Shown one piece after another: positions 19,698-28,911 of a stretch of DNA of 35,275 bases. The notes beneath the pieces were generated by a model that searched no databases, was not told the DNA's origin, and was given only the letters and a program-made list of their open reading frames with translations. The DNA is taken from positions 1 to 35,275 of IMG/VR virus record IMGVR_UViG_3300013093_002697; one strand, given 5' to 3'. Source of the DNA: a virus (lineage: Duplodnaviria > Caudoviricetes). The stretch's first letter is position 1. Each line of letters starts with the position of its first letter. A program made the position numbers and the translations under genes.

Positions 19698-20647
19698 GTT
19701 GAGTCTACAATAATATTATAATCGATCTCATTGAGATCTTCTTTCACTGCCCACTCATTAAAGTCTTTATAGGGCTTCTGAGGCCATTTGAATACTTTTT
19801 GATTGGATTGTACTAGTTTTATAAGATTTTGCTTTGCTGCTTCGTCTAATCTTGGATTATCAGTTACCCATATTTTTTGATGGAAGGGGAAATTTGCAAG
19901 TTGTCTTTCTTGAGATTCGGTTAAAGTCAAACCAGCTACTGCTAAACCATTCTTAACCATCATTGCATCCAATGCACCTTCGAACAAAAACAGATAATCT
20001 ATATTTGGATCAACTCTTTCTATACCAAAAACAGTCTTATCATATCCTATCTTGTTTAAATACCTAGGTTCACTACCATCAAGTGCTCTAGTCTGATAAA
20101 AAACTATCTTATTATCTGTATCATAGTATGGTATACAAAGTCTGTTCTTATGGAAGTTGTCTTTCAAACTAATATAATAAGCTGGACTTCTGTTTATTGC
20201 TGTATTTAATTTTCTTTCTTTAATATATTCAACAGCAGCTTGAAAGTATTGATTAGCCCCATAAAACACTCTTTGTCTTTCATCCATTATGTTTATGGAA
20301 TCATATGGAAGAGACGATAGAATCTTTTTTGTAAAAGGTTTATTTAAAATTTCATTAGAAATGTCACGAGAACAATCACCTGATTGTATCTCTGCTTGTA
20401 CATCCTCCTTCGTCATCCCTGTTACTTGGTATAACCAACTATATGCATTCCAAGACTTGGAACAATTAAAACAGAAAAAACTGTTTGTAGTAGGATAGAA
20501 AAATAAACGTTTTTTCTTTAACCAACTCTTACCTTCCCTGCATATTGGACAAGATCCATGATATACCTTTGTGAATTTATTATATGCAGGACCACCTGCA
20601 TAGGTATAAAACTTCTCCAATAGATAATTTGAAGGAATTTGATTCAC
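19691..20647 (-). CDS. gp61: T4-like DNA primase
   Basis: Zn finger CPIC...CFNC, TOPRIM FEGALDAM, DN, KDFNE; GTG start. Confidence 0.92.
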   Translation of the reverse strand: MNQIPSNYLLEKFYTYAGGPAYNKFTKVYHGSCPICREGKSWLKKKRLFFYPTTNSFFCFNCSKSWNAYSWLYQVTGMTKEDVQAEIQSGDCSRDISNEILNKPFTKKILSSLPYDSINIMDERQRVFYGANQYFQAAVEYIKERKLNTAINRSPAYYISLKDNFHKNRLCIPYYDTDNKIVFYQTRALDGSEPRYLNKIGYDKTVFGIERVDPNIDYLFLFEGALDAMMVKNGLAVAGLTLTESQERQLANFPFHQKIWVTDNPRLDEAAKQNLIKLVQSNQKVFKWPQKPYKDFNEWAVKEDLNEIDYNIIVDSTY

Positions 20648-20653
20648 TCCAGA

Positions 20654-20682
20654 ATTATATTCCAGAGTTTCTATATTGTCAA
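20654..20682 (-). promoter_or_regulatory. Perfect sigma70 promoter TTGACA-N17-TATAAT for primase
   Basis: Minus strand reads TTGACA atatagaaactctggaa TATAAT tctgga GTG; the start codon lies 6 nt after the -10 box. Confidence 0.9.
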
Positions 20683-21504
20683 TTAATCTTCTGGATTATG
20701 TCTTCCCCAGTAACGTCTCTTATTCCAGCCACCCATGCTTTCTGGATTGTTGAAGATATCACCCATAGATGAACCATATTCATCTTCTGCCTGACCTGAA
20801 GATCTGAAAGTTCTACTAAATGTATCACGAACATCTTCATCAGCATTTAAAGGATTTTCTGTATCATTGTCCAAATCTTCTAAACCACTTAAGTTTCCTA
20901 CTAATGTTATAACACCATCAGGATTTACAGAAACAATCTTCTTCTCAACAAGGCTATCTATAATGGTATTAGCACCTGAGAAGTGCTTATTAAGAATATC
21001 AAGGGTTACTGGTTCTTCTGAATGGTCGATATACTCAACAACAGCATTTTCAACTTCTGATAAACCTGTCATTTCATCTTCTGGTTCTGGTCTTGATTGT
21101 GATACTACATCCAAGTTTACAAGATTATATTCTTTATGGAAAATAAGATTAATGATAGCCTTTGTTAATCTATCAACAAGAGTCTTTCTTCCCATTCCCT
21201 TGTCTTCATAAACAGAATCTGTAACACGTTCTACTGTTGATTTGAGATCAGCATATGTGTCGATACCATATTCTTCAACTTCTGAAGAAACTTTTCTAAT
21301 AGAATCTTTAATCTGTTCGACTGAAACATTACCATACTTTGCATGATCAGCCCATGCTGTAAGAAAAACATCAAAACTACCATTGTCCAACATTTCATTT
21401 AATTTTTGAGTATCAATCTCAAAATTAGAGAACTTATCAGATTTTAGTTTTCTTCCTTCTTCTATGCTTGTTAGGTAACTCTCAACCAAAGTATTAAAAT
21501 TCAT
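20683..21504 (-). CDS. Hypothetical acidic protein (possible winged-helix segment); candidate internal head protein
   Basis: 273-aa ORF; N-terminus MNFNTLVESYL..IEE; TAAGTA 8 nt upstream. Confidence 0.7.
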   Translation of the reverse strand: MNFNTLVESYLTSIEEGRKLKSDKFSNFEIDTQKLNEMLDNGSFDVFLTAWADHAKYGNVSVEQIKDSIRKVSSEVEEYGIDTYADLKSTVERVTDSVYEDKGMGRKTLVDRLTKAIINLIFHKEYNLVNLDVVSQSRPEPEDEMTGLSEVENAVVEYIDHSEEPVTLDILNKHFSGANTIIDSLVEKKIVSVNPDGVITLVGNLSGLEDLDNDTENPLNADEDVRDTFSRTFRSSGQAEDEYGSSMGDIFNNPESMGGWNKRRYWGRHNPED

Positions 21505-21515
21505 ATTCTTAATAC

Positions 21516-22184
21516 TTATTTATCTTTGAAAGAATCACTATTTAACATATTTCCATCTATATCAGTAAGAAGACTTTGTTCCTCTCCATATGCTGCACCC
21601 TCTTCTGTGATGTAGAAACTGGTCATAGCAATACGTTCTTCTCTGTTTCCAAAGATTTCTATGATAGGTGGTGTGTCATCTGCTGGAAAAACTCTACCAT
21701 CTTGCTGGCGATATGATTGTACAAATGTACTAAAGATGTTATCAATCTCTTCACGAAAGACAGGATCGGTATTTCTGAAATTATCATCTTCCATTTCTAC
21801 TTTTGAAAATTTAGTAATAGGGAAATAGAAAATGATATCGAAAAGTTTAAGTGATTCTCTGATGATGATTCTTGATTCATCTAAGAACTTTTCTGAAATC
21901 TTACCATTTAAGAACAACCAAGAAGAGTATGCAAGGTTATCCAGAACACAACGATCAAAGATCACATTCTCGTCTTTAGAATATGCCTGTGATTGATCAA
22001 CTAATGCATCCAATATAAGTTTTTGACTTTCTTCAGTTGCATCCTTAGAGTGTGGTAGATTCTTTTCTACAATGTAATCCCTATAAGACTTCTCTGGTGA
22101 TTTATAGTTAGGCCATTTCTTTAAGAAATCTTCAATATATGTTGTTTTACCCATGCAATGGGTTCCTGATATAGCTATTTTCAT
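21516..22184 (-). CDS. P-loop nucleotide kinase-like ATPase (AAA_28/NadR-like)
   Basis: IAISGTHCMGKTT, IFDRCVLDNLAYS. Confidence 0.8.
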   Translation of the reverse strand: MKIAISGTHCMGKTTYIEDFLKKWPNYKSPEKSYRDYIVEKNLPHSKDATEESQKLILDALVDQSQAYSKDENVIFDRCVLDNLAYSSWLFLNGKISEKFLDESRIIIRESLKLFDIIFYFPITKFSKVEMEDDNFRNTDPVFREEIDNIFSTFVQSYRQQDGRVFPADDTPPIIEIFGNREERIAMTSFYITEEGAAYGEEQSLLTDIDGNMLNSDSFKDK

Positions 22185-22453
22185 ATGTTTGGTACAGTTT
22201 CTAATATTTCAGGGAAATAGTTTATTATATTTCCTGCATATTCATCATAATACTCTTCTTCTTCTATGATATGAATATTTTTAGTTAAAATCTCTGGATG
22301 TTTGGCTCTTAAACTAAGAGCAGTATCATATAACAATTCAGTTTCTTCTGAATACCATTTTGCATTCACTGAAGTTGAGGCAGAAAATAAGAGTGATTCT
22401 GTAATCAATCTATATTGATCTTCTGTTAGATTATCTATTGAATATGTTTTCAT
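22181..22453 (-). CDS. Hypothetical protein
   Basis: 90-aa ORF, ATGA-coupled to the kinase gene, with its own promoter. Confidence 0.7.
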   Translation of the reverse strand: MKTYSIDNLTEDQYRLITESLLFSASTSVNAKWYSEETELLYDTALSLRAKHPEILTKNIHIIEEEEYYDEYAGNIINYFPEILETVPNI

Positions 22454-22460
22454 GACGTTG

Positions 22461-22493
22461 ATTATATTTTATCAACATCTGAGACAAAATCAA
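22461..22493 (-). promoter_or_regulatory. Sigma70-like promoter (TTGATT-N16-TAAAAT with extended TG; overlapping TATAAT)
   Basis: Minus strand reads TTGATT ttgtctcagatgtTGa TAAAATATAAT caacgtc ATG. Confidence 0.6.
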
Positions 22494-22499
22494 ATGATA

Positions 22500-22853
22500 T
22501 TATTCTTGTGTTTCAGGAACTGACTCTGATTGGTCAAGAATCGCCATTAATTGATCCTCAACCTGTTTAAGTTTTTCTAAATCGTCAGTATCAACATCAA
22601 TATTAGAAATTTCTCTTTGCTTTTCAAGGTTAGAACCTGATGCAGCATATAAAGCTTCTCTTAAAGCCTTTAAAAGTGTTTTGTACTTTACAACATCAAG
22701 AGCAACATCTTTTGGTTGTGGAAGATTTGATGGTACTTGATTATCTACTTGTGTAGGTTCTACATCATTACCAACAATTGGAGGAAGTTCTGATGCATTC
22801 TCTTCATCTTGTTCGGTTAGGAAATTGTTTATTACTTTTAAAAACTTGCTCAT
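22500..22853 (-). CDS. Hypothetical acidic protein; candidate internal head protein
   Basis: 117 aa; MSKFLKVINNFLTE; TAAATA 9 nt upstream. Confidence 0.7.
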   Translation of the reverse strand: MSKFLKVINNFLTEQDEENASELPPIVGNDVEPTQVDNQVPSNLPQPKDVALDVVKYKTLLKALREALYAASGSNLEKQREISNIDVDTDDLEKLKQVEDQLMAILDQSESVPETQE

Positions 22854-22875
22854 TTGTTTGATTATTTATCTTCTA

Positions 22876-23352
22876 TTATATATTATTATGAAAAAATTCC
22901 AAATCATCTCCTGTTGGAACACCTACTTTTATTGTTTTGTAAACTCCTTCTGTATTGGTAAAGAGTTCTTCGTTTTTGATTTCTCTGAAATATTTCGTTT
23001 TCTTTTTTATTATTTTATTCACAATATTACTAAACTTATTAGGATATTCAAAATATTGAGAATAGTATTCTGGTAATTCAGAATCTTTATGAATAGTATA
23101 AATCTTAACCTTTAAATCCTTAAATAATAGTTTAATCGTTTCTAAAATTTTGTCAAGTTCTTTTTCTAAAAAATATTTGAAATATTTTTCCCTATAAGAG
23201 ATAAGCTTACCATCTTTGGTGAGATCCCAATCCTCTAAATCCTTTATAATAGTATCAGCAAGAATAGGAAGATACTGGTATATTGGGAATATTATTATTC
23301 TTTCAGAAATATAATAGACTAAAAAATCTTTAATCTTTGTTTTTTCGGACAT
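22876..23352 (-). CDS. Hypothetical protein
   Basis: About 158 aa, ATG at 23352 (TTG at 23355), overlapping the upstream gene. Confidence 0.6.
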   Translation of the reverse strand: MSEKTKIKDFLVYYISERIIIFPIYQYLPILADTIIKDLEDWDLTKDGKLISYREKYFKYFLEKELDKILETIKLLFKDLKVKIYTIHKDSELPEYYSQYFEYPNKFSNIVNKIIKKKTKYFREIKNEELFTNTEGVYKTIKVGVPTGDDLEFFHNNI

Positions 23353-23890
23353 CAAGATTCATTATAGCATCTAAAAGAGTTTTTTCAACTATTTCTTGTG
23401 GCAAATGATGTGCAGCTTCGTCTATTGTCTTGGAAAGATCAGATATATTCTTCTCAAATTTTTTTCTAAAATCTATTGTTGAAATTAGTTCTTTCTTTGA
23501 AAGATTCCCATAATTGGGTGTATTTTGTAAGCAAAAAGCCTCCAAAAGAGGTTCTGTAACAGAAGCTATCATCCCTGACATTCTTTTATAGAGTCTATCC
23601 AGAGGTGATGAGTAGGTAGAACCTTCTTCAAGTGTTTTACTGGCTATATTGAAAAAATAAGTTAAAAGAGATGCCTTTTCAGTTTGAACTGCTGATCTGT
23701 TTAAGAATTCTGGACCTCTGACATGTTGATTACCATAAGGATTCCATACACAACCTGATCCGAGTTGTTGAGAACCACAGTAAATGCACTTTTGAGGGAG
23801 ATCCATATGCACATGGGTATTGGTAGGAGAGAACGTGCAAGGTCTTCCATAAGATTGAGATCCACAATAAATACAATTTGAGTCAGCCAT
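23330..23890 (-). CDS. Protein with tandem C-x2-C-x8-C-x7/8-H putative Zn fingers and a helical C-terminus
   Basis: CIYCGSQSYGRPCTFSPTNTH and CIYCGSQQLGSGCVWNPYGNQH. Confidence 0.7.
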   Translation of the reverse strand: MADSNCIYCGSQSYGRPCTFSPTNTHVHMDLPQKCIYCGSQQLGSGCVWNPYGNQHVRGPEFLNRSAVQTEKASLLTYFFNIASKTLEEGSTYSSPLDRLYKRMSGMIASVTEPLLEAFCLQNTPNYGNLSKKELISTIDFRKKFEKNISDLSKTIDEAAHHLPQEIVEKTLLDAIMNLDVRKNKD

Positions 23891-23899
23891 TAGATATAT

Positions 23900-24331
23900 T
23901 TAGCTACGTTGGTGATATTTTTCTAGTTCTGCCTTGGGTGCTTTACCTATTCTACAATTGATAATACCATTATGGTATTCTTCTTTGAATAAAACATCTT
24001 TATCGATCTGTTCTTTGATTTCAAAATATGCCAATGCCCATTTGGAATCACAAGTTCTTAATATTTTGAATATAAACTTGTCTTTTCCGTATTTTTCAAT
24101 CTCTTCATTAAGTTCTTTTGACGAACTTGTATACGATTTCCAATCAGATTCTTTATAATCGATACGATTTCTTGTTTTACCTTTAAGTGGCTTTCTTTTA
24201 ATACGAGATTGGCACTGTTTTTTGCCGATATATTTTTTATTAGTTACAGTATTGGTTATTTCATAGATGAAACCAAAAGTCTCATCAGTTATAACAACCC
24301 CTTCTGTTAATGTCCAATGTCCAAAATCCAT
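23900..24331 (-). CDS. GIY-YIG family endonuclease (free-standing, Seg-like)
   Basis: GFIYEITN...KKYIGKK, ESDWKSY.SSS, conserved E and C-terminal N. Confidence 0.85.
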   Translation of the reverse strand: MDFGHWTLTEGVVITDETFGFIYEITNTVTNKKYIGKKQCQSRIKRKPLKGKTRNRIDYKESDWKSYTSSSKELNEEIEKYGKDKFIFKILRTCDSKWALAYFEIKEQIDKDVLFKEEYHNGIINCRIGKAPKAELEKYHQRS

Positions 24332-24606
24332 TAAAGGGCGTTTCTTTGTAAAGTTCTTCTAATAACTAAAGGTTTAACTTTCTTTTTGCCGATCTTTTTG
24401 CCGATCTTTTTATTTCTTTTTTTACCTTTAGCTGGTAATGCTGCACCAAAAATGTTTCTACCATCGTTTGGAGCATATGTGTCTCCACTTACAGGGTTAG
24501 CTGGGCTATAGATTGCTTGTTGTGGAGTACCAAATGCACCACCAGCACCAGCAACATTCATATTCTCTAAAATAGTATTAACTAATGCTTGAAATTTATT
24601 GTACAT
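24331..24606 (-). CDS. Small protein, Gly/Ala-rich then Lys/Arg-rich; candidate internal DNA-binding head protein
   Basis: 91 aa; MYNKFQALVNTILE; very basic C-terminus; TAATG overlap with the GIY-YIG gene. Confidence 0.65.
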   Translation of the reverse strand: MYNKFQALVNTILENMNVAGAGGAFGTPQQAIYSPANPVSGDTYAPNDGRNIFGAALPAKGKKRNKKIGKKIGKKKVKPLVIRRTLQRNAL

Positions 24607-24608
24607 AT

Positions 24609-24622
24609 GTTATTATAATAAC
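24609..24622. promoter_or_regulatory. 14-bp palindrome GTTATTATAATAAC giving TATAAT on both strands (divergent promoter)
   Basis: Fills the 21-bp gap between divergent ATGs at 24606 and 24628; TTGAAA at 24589-24594. Confidence 0.65.
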
Positions 24623-24627
24623 TACTT

Positions 24628-25026
24628 ATGGATATTCTTGATAAATTCAAAGAAGAAATAGTAAATGATGTAAAGGTAGATGAATTGAATCTTCTTGATA
24701 AGCAAATGATGCTTCCTTCTATTAAACATAAGTGGGTAGCTAGACTTATTGATGCTAAAAGAGAACTAAATGCATTAAATAGAAAAAAGAAATCTTTAAG
24801 AGAATCAGTTTTGGAAGAATTTAAAAAGAATGGAATCCCACCGGGTATTCCTAAATCAACAATTGATAAGAAAATTGATTGTTCAGATCCTATGATAAAG
24901 CTTCAAGAAGAAATTGAAGACAAAGAAGTAGTAATTTTATATTTGGAAAAGGTTGAAAAAATCTTTAAAGACATGTCTTTTGATCTTAAGAACATAGTTG
25001 AGATCAATAAGATGGAGATGAGCTAA
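24628..25026 (+). CDS. uvsY: Recombination mediator UvsY
   Basis: 132-aa helical protein (DVKVDELNL...PSIKHKW...SFDLKNIVE) directly before uvsW. Confidence 0.75.
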   Translation: MDILDKFKEEIVNDVKVDELNLLDKQMMLPSIKHKWVARLIDAKRELNALNRKKKSLRESVLEEFKKNGIPPGIPKSTIDKKIDCSDPMIKLQEEIEDKEVVILYLEKVEKIFKDMSFDLKNIVEINKMEMS

Positions 25027-26441
25027 TGGTTGAATTAATTTTATCAAAAGACCAAGGTCAGATATTAACCGATTCAGATACTTTAAATCTGATTAGGGAA
25101 GAATTTTCTATTGCCAATCCCGCATATAGAAAAAATGTACCATATATGTCGAGTAGACTATATGCTTTCCCACCAAAAGGAAGATTCGATGTTGGTTTGC
25201 TTGGTGAAATTATAAAGATATTAGAAAAGTATCATTATGAATATAAAGTTTCAGAAGATTTAAAAAAACTTTATACTAGTGGATTTGAAAATCCTAATAT
25301 TGCTGAACTTAAATTAAATTTTCGTGACTATCAGGAAAAAACTATCATTGCAGCGATCAAACAAGGTCGTGGAGTTAGTGTTATTCCAACAGCAGGTGGA
25401 AAAACTCTAATCTGTGCTGGTTTAATCGAAAGTTTGAGAAAGAATATAAAGGAAGAAGATGCTTTAGTTCTTGTTACTGTGCCTTCCATACAACTTGTAG
25501 AACAGACTGCCAATGATTTCCTTTCATATGGATTAAAAAATGTGTGTAAATGGTCTGGTGGTAATAAATTAGACCCCAATGCAAAGATAATTGTGGCAGG
25601 AACTCAGTTTTTGATGAGTGATAAGACCGATCTTTCTGTTCTTAGTGATGTAAAGATACTTCTTGTTGATGAATGTCACAATTTAAGAAAAGGAAATGAG
25701 ATCAATAAGGTGTTAAAGTTCATACAAACACCATATAGATTCGGTTTTACTGGCACTATGCCCACTTCAAAGATAGATCAGTGGAATATTATTGGTAAAC
25801 TTGGTCCAATCACTTTTGAACAGAAGACTCTTACTCTTAAGAATCAATCATATATATCTAATTTTAAGATTACTATCCTTAATATTATTCATAAAACTAA
25901 ACCAGCCAGTTCTCAGGGGCAAAAACCAACTGCTGCATATGAAAATGAATTAGAATTTCTCATAAACAATCAAAGAAGAAATGAAATAATTTGTAAACTA
26001 GCAAATAAGCTAACTAACAATACACTAATCATGGTTGATAGAATCAGTCATGGAGAAATTATAGAAAAAACCTTAAAAGCTATATGTGATAAGAATAGAC
26101 CATTATATTTCATAAGAGGTTCTACCGAAATAGAAGATAGAGAAACTATTCGTTCCTTTATGAACGAAAGAAATGATGTTATTGTCATAGCTATATCAAA
26201 AATTTTCAGTACAGGAATTAATATTCCTAATTTACACAACATAATATTTGCTTCTGCTGGAAAAGCTAAGATCAAAATCATGCAATCCATAGGTAGAGCA
26301 CTTAGATTACATCCTACCAAAACGATGGCTAATATATTCGATGTTGCAGACAATACAAAGTATGGTAGAATACATCTTACAGAAAGAAAAAAACTTTACA
26401 ATTTAGAAAATTATGAGCATACAGAAAAAGAAATATCGTAA
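25026..26441 (+). CDS. uvsW: SF2 DNA helicase UvsW
   Basis: RDYQ, PTAGGKT, DECH, GFTGT, FSTGINIPNLHNIIFA, QSIGRALR. Confidence 0.93.
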   Translation: MVELILSKDQGQILTDSDTLNLIREEFSIANPAYRKNVPYMSSRLYAFPPKGRFDVGLLGEIIKILEKYHYEYKVSEDLKKLYTSGFENPNIAELKLNFRDYQEKTIIAAIKQGRGVSVIPTAGGKTLICAGLIESLRKNIKEEDALVLVTVPSIQLVEQTANDFLSYGLKNVCKWSGGNKLDPNAKIIVAGTQFLMSDKTDLSVLSDVKILLVDECHNLRKGNEINKVLKFIQTPYRFGFTGTMPTSKIDQWNIIGKLGPITFEQKTLTLKNQSYISNFKITILNIIHKTKPASSQGQKPTAAYENELEFLINNQRRNEIICKLANKLTNNTLIMVDRISHGEIIEKTLKAICDKNRPLYFIRGSTEIEDRETIRSFMNERNDVIVIAISKIFSTGINIPNLHNIIFASAGKAKIKIMQSIGRALRLHPTKTMANIFDVADNTKYGRIHLTERKKLYNLENYEHTEKEIS

Positions 26442-27066
26442 ACATAAAATATCATCAGAAGATGATATTGTTTACTCTGAAGAAGAGATTGAGGCTTTAT
26501 GTCTTGATGTTGAAGACAAAGATTCAATCGAACATGATGAAGAATTTTTAGATGAGACTGATGAAGACTTTGAAGAAGATGAACCAATAAAGAAAGTAGT
26601 TAAGCCAGAAGTTAAAAAAGACGAAAAACCAAAAAGAGGAAAGAAACCAGATCCTGCTACTAAAGAATATTATGTAGATCCAAAGGATTTTGATGAACAG
26701 ATTTTAAATTATTATAAAACAGGTGTACTTTCTAATGAACTAGCAGAAATGGTTAGCAAGATTGCTCATAAATTAAGTTTTGCTTCTAACTTTATTAACT
26801 ATTCATATAGAGAAGAGATGGTAGGTGATGGGATTATTAGAATGTTCAAGGCTCTTATGTCAAAAAAGTATAGCCATGACAAGGGAACTAATCCATTTTC
26901 TTATTTTACACGCATTGCGTTTAATGCTTTTAGAAACAGAATCAAAAAAGAGAAGCATATTCACGAGACACATGAAAAGTATCAAAGAGAGTATATGATG
27001 TTTTCTGAAAATTATAACAATTTGATGAAGAATAACAAAACCAAAGGTTATAGAAAGAACGAATGA
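26413..27066 (+). CDS. gp55: T4-like late transcription sigma factor with an acidic N-terminal extension
   Basis: YYVD, NFINYSYREEMVGDG, NPFSYFTRIAFNAFRNRIKKEK. Confidence 0.92.
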   Translation: MSIQKKKYRKHKISSEDDIVYSEEEIEALCLDVEDKDSIEHDEEFLDETDEDFEEDEPIKKVVKPEVKKDEKPKRGKKPDPATKEYYVDPKDFDEQILNYYKTGVLSNELAEMVSKIAHKLSFASNFINYSYREEMVGDGIIRMFKALMSKKYSHDKGTNPFSYFTRIAFNAFRNRIKKEKHIHETHEKYQREYMMFSENYNNLMKNNKTKGYRKNE

Positions 27067-28124
27067 GTTACGTTATCAAAGGCAAAGAGATAGGTATATT
27101 CTCTGACATACATATTGGACTAGGACAAGACAGTTCTTCATGGCATAAGATCGTTTTGGACTTCTCTAAATGGGTTAGAGACACATATACGGATTTAGGT
27201 ATCAATGATATTATAATTCCCGGTGATATATTCCACAACAGAAGTGAAATATCAGTAAACACCCTGTCTGTTGCTAAAGAATTCTTTGATAACCTAAAGG
27301 ATTTTAGAATTTTTATATCTGCTGGCAATCATGATTGCTACTATAAGGATCGATCAGACATCAATTCCATATCTTTATTCAAAGGTTGGAATAATATTGT
27401 CGTTGTGGACAAAGATCCCATTGTTATCGAAGCAAAAGGAAAGAAATTGTCATTAATACCTTGGGGAGTTGATGTAGAAAACATCCCAAAAGCTGATATA
27501 TGCTTTGGGCATTTTGAAATTCAAACATTCAAGATGAACACTTATAAAGTTTGTGATCATGGATTAGATTCTGCCAGCTTATTAGACAAATCTCCTTTGG
27601 TTTTCTCTGGTCATTTCCATACTAGAGATGATAGAAACTACAAAAAGGGTAGAATTGTTTATGTAGGTAGCCCATATCAACAGAATTTTGGTGATGTTGA
27701 TCAAGTTAGAGGGATATATACCTATAATATCGAATCTAATGATTTGAAATTCATTGAAAATACCATATCACCAAAACATATTAAAGTTTATTTAAGTAAA
27801 CTTAAAGATAAGACTCAAGATGCTGAATTCTTAAAGAACAATTTATCAAAAAACATGGTTTCTCTTGTTATTGATGATGAAATCGATCATGAAAAGGTTT
27901 TAGCCCTCTCAACAAAGTTACAGACATTCAATCCAACATATTTTAGAACAGAGTATAAACAAATAGATTCCGATAGTCTAAACAATTCAGGCAATATAGA
28001 CTATAATGTTGTTGATATAGAGAAGAATATAGAAGATTTCGTCAACACAATGGATATTGACCACAAGGAAGAGGTCATTAATTATCTTAATTCAATCTAT
28101 AAAGAACTTCCATATGAATACTGA
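27063..28124 (+). CDS. gp47: Mre11/SbcD-like recombination nuclease subunit
   Basis: SDIHIG, GDIFH, GNHD, GHFE, SGHFH, YVGSP metallophosphoesterase motifs. Confidence 0.93.
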   Translation: MSYVIKGKEIGIFSDIHIGLGQDSSSWHKIVLDFSKWVRDTYTDLGINDIIIPGDIFHNRSEISVNTLSVAKEFFDNLKDFRIFISAGNHDCYYKDRSDINSISLFKGWNNIVVVDKDPIVIEAKGKKLSLIPWGVDVENIPKADICFGHFEIQTFKMNTYKVCDHGLDSASLLDKSPLVFSGHFHTRDDRNYKKGRIVYVGSPYQQNFGDVDQVRGIYTYNIESNDLKFIENTISPKHIKVYLSKLKDKTQDAEFLKNNLSKNMVSLVIDDEIDHEKVLALSTKLQTFNPTYFRTEYKQIDSDSLNNSGNIDYNVVDIEKNIEDFVNTMDIDHKEEVINYLNSIYKELPYEY

Positions 28125-28911
28125 AATCGCAATAGGCATACTAGACGTTTATGATCAAGAAGATTTGGAGAATTGTTATTCTTCCATTCCTGATCAATAC
28201 AAAAATAATGTTTTCATAGTATCTGCTACCAAAAACAAAAAACCAAAAGGCTTCCAAGAACATCCTGTATTGGATTTGGATGGCAATGTTACCGAAAAAT
28301 ACAGACAATACGGTGATGTTCCTTTTGCTACTCTTAGAAATTGGTTAATTTCACAGTTTAGGATCAATGATTACAAGTATTATTTCCTTTTGAATTCAAA
28401 TCAAACAGTTGAGGATCAAAACCTGTTCGATAATACAATTAAAATCGCTGAAACCTTTGGTACTTGGATGCTTTTGGGTGAAGGAAAGAATAACGTTCCA
28501 CTGGAAGACGATGAAGCTGGTGTAACTTTATATGCTTCACCAGAACTTAACAGTGAATTCATATTCCTCATAAGTGGAATAGTAAAGAATGTAGGATATT
28601 TTGAAGAAAGATATTTCAATACAAAGGATCTTGATGTTCTTGATTATGTATTGAAACTTAGAAAGAAAGGTGTTTATCCTCCTGAACATTTCCATCCCAA
28701 TATTGGATCAGGTTTAAAAACTACCAAAAAAGATATTAAAAAAATTGGATTTAAAGATTTTCCAGATCAAGAAAGAAGCGTTGGTCTTTCATATGGATAT
28801 TTTGCACACCAACACAAGTATATCCCCGGTCATAATGAACCTGCTGGTGTAACTCAAGAACAATTGGTTGCTTCATTAGAAGAAATACAAAAGAAATACG
28901 CAAAGAAATGA
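28114..28911 (+). CDS. Degenerate GT2-like protein (no DxD motif); paralogue of the next gene
   Basis: ATG at 28114 preferred over the upstream TTG. Colinear similarity to 28908-29759, but YFLLNSN replaces IFILEDD. Confidence 0.65.
   Translation: MNTEIAIGILDVYDQEDLENCYSSIPDQYKNNVFIVSATKNKKPKGFQEHPVLDLDGNVTEKYRQYGDVPFATLRNWLISQFRINDYKYYFLLNSNQTVEDQNLFDNTIKIAETFGTWMLLGEGKNNVPLEDDEAGVTLYASPELNSEFIFLISGIVKNVGYFEERYFNTKDLDVLDYVLKLRKKGVYPPEHFHPNIGSGLKTTKKDIKKIGFKDFPDQERSVGLSYGYFAHQHKYIPGHNEPAGVTQEQLVASLEEIQKKYAKK

Noticed and set aside
23900-24331. GIY-YIG as an intron-encoded homing endonuclease
   Set aside because: No interrupted host gene or intron-sized non-coding flanks; it is short and tightly packed between neighbours.
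24381-24411. 12-bp tandem repeat tctttttgccga
   Set aside because: A small in-frame duplication (KKIG)2 within a basic tail; no evidence of a regulatory role.
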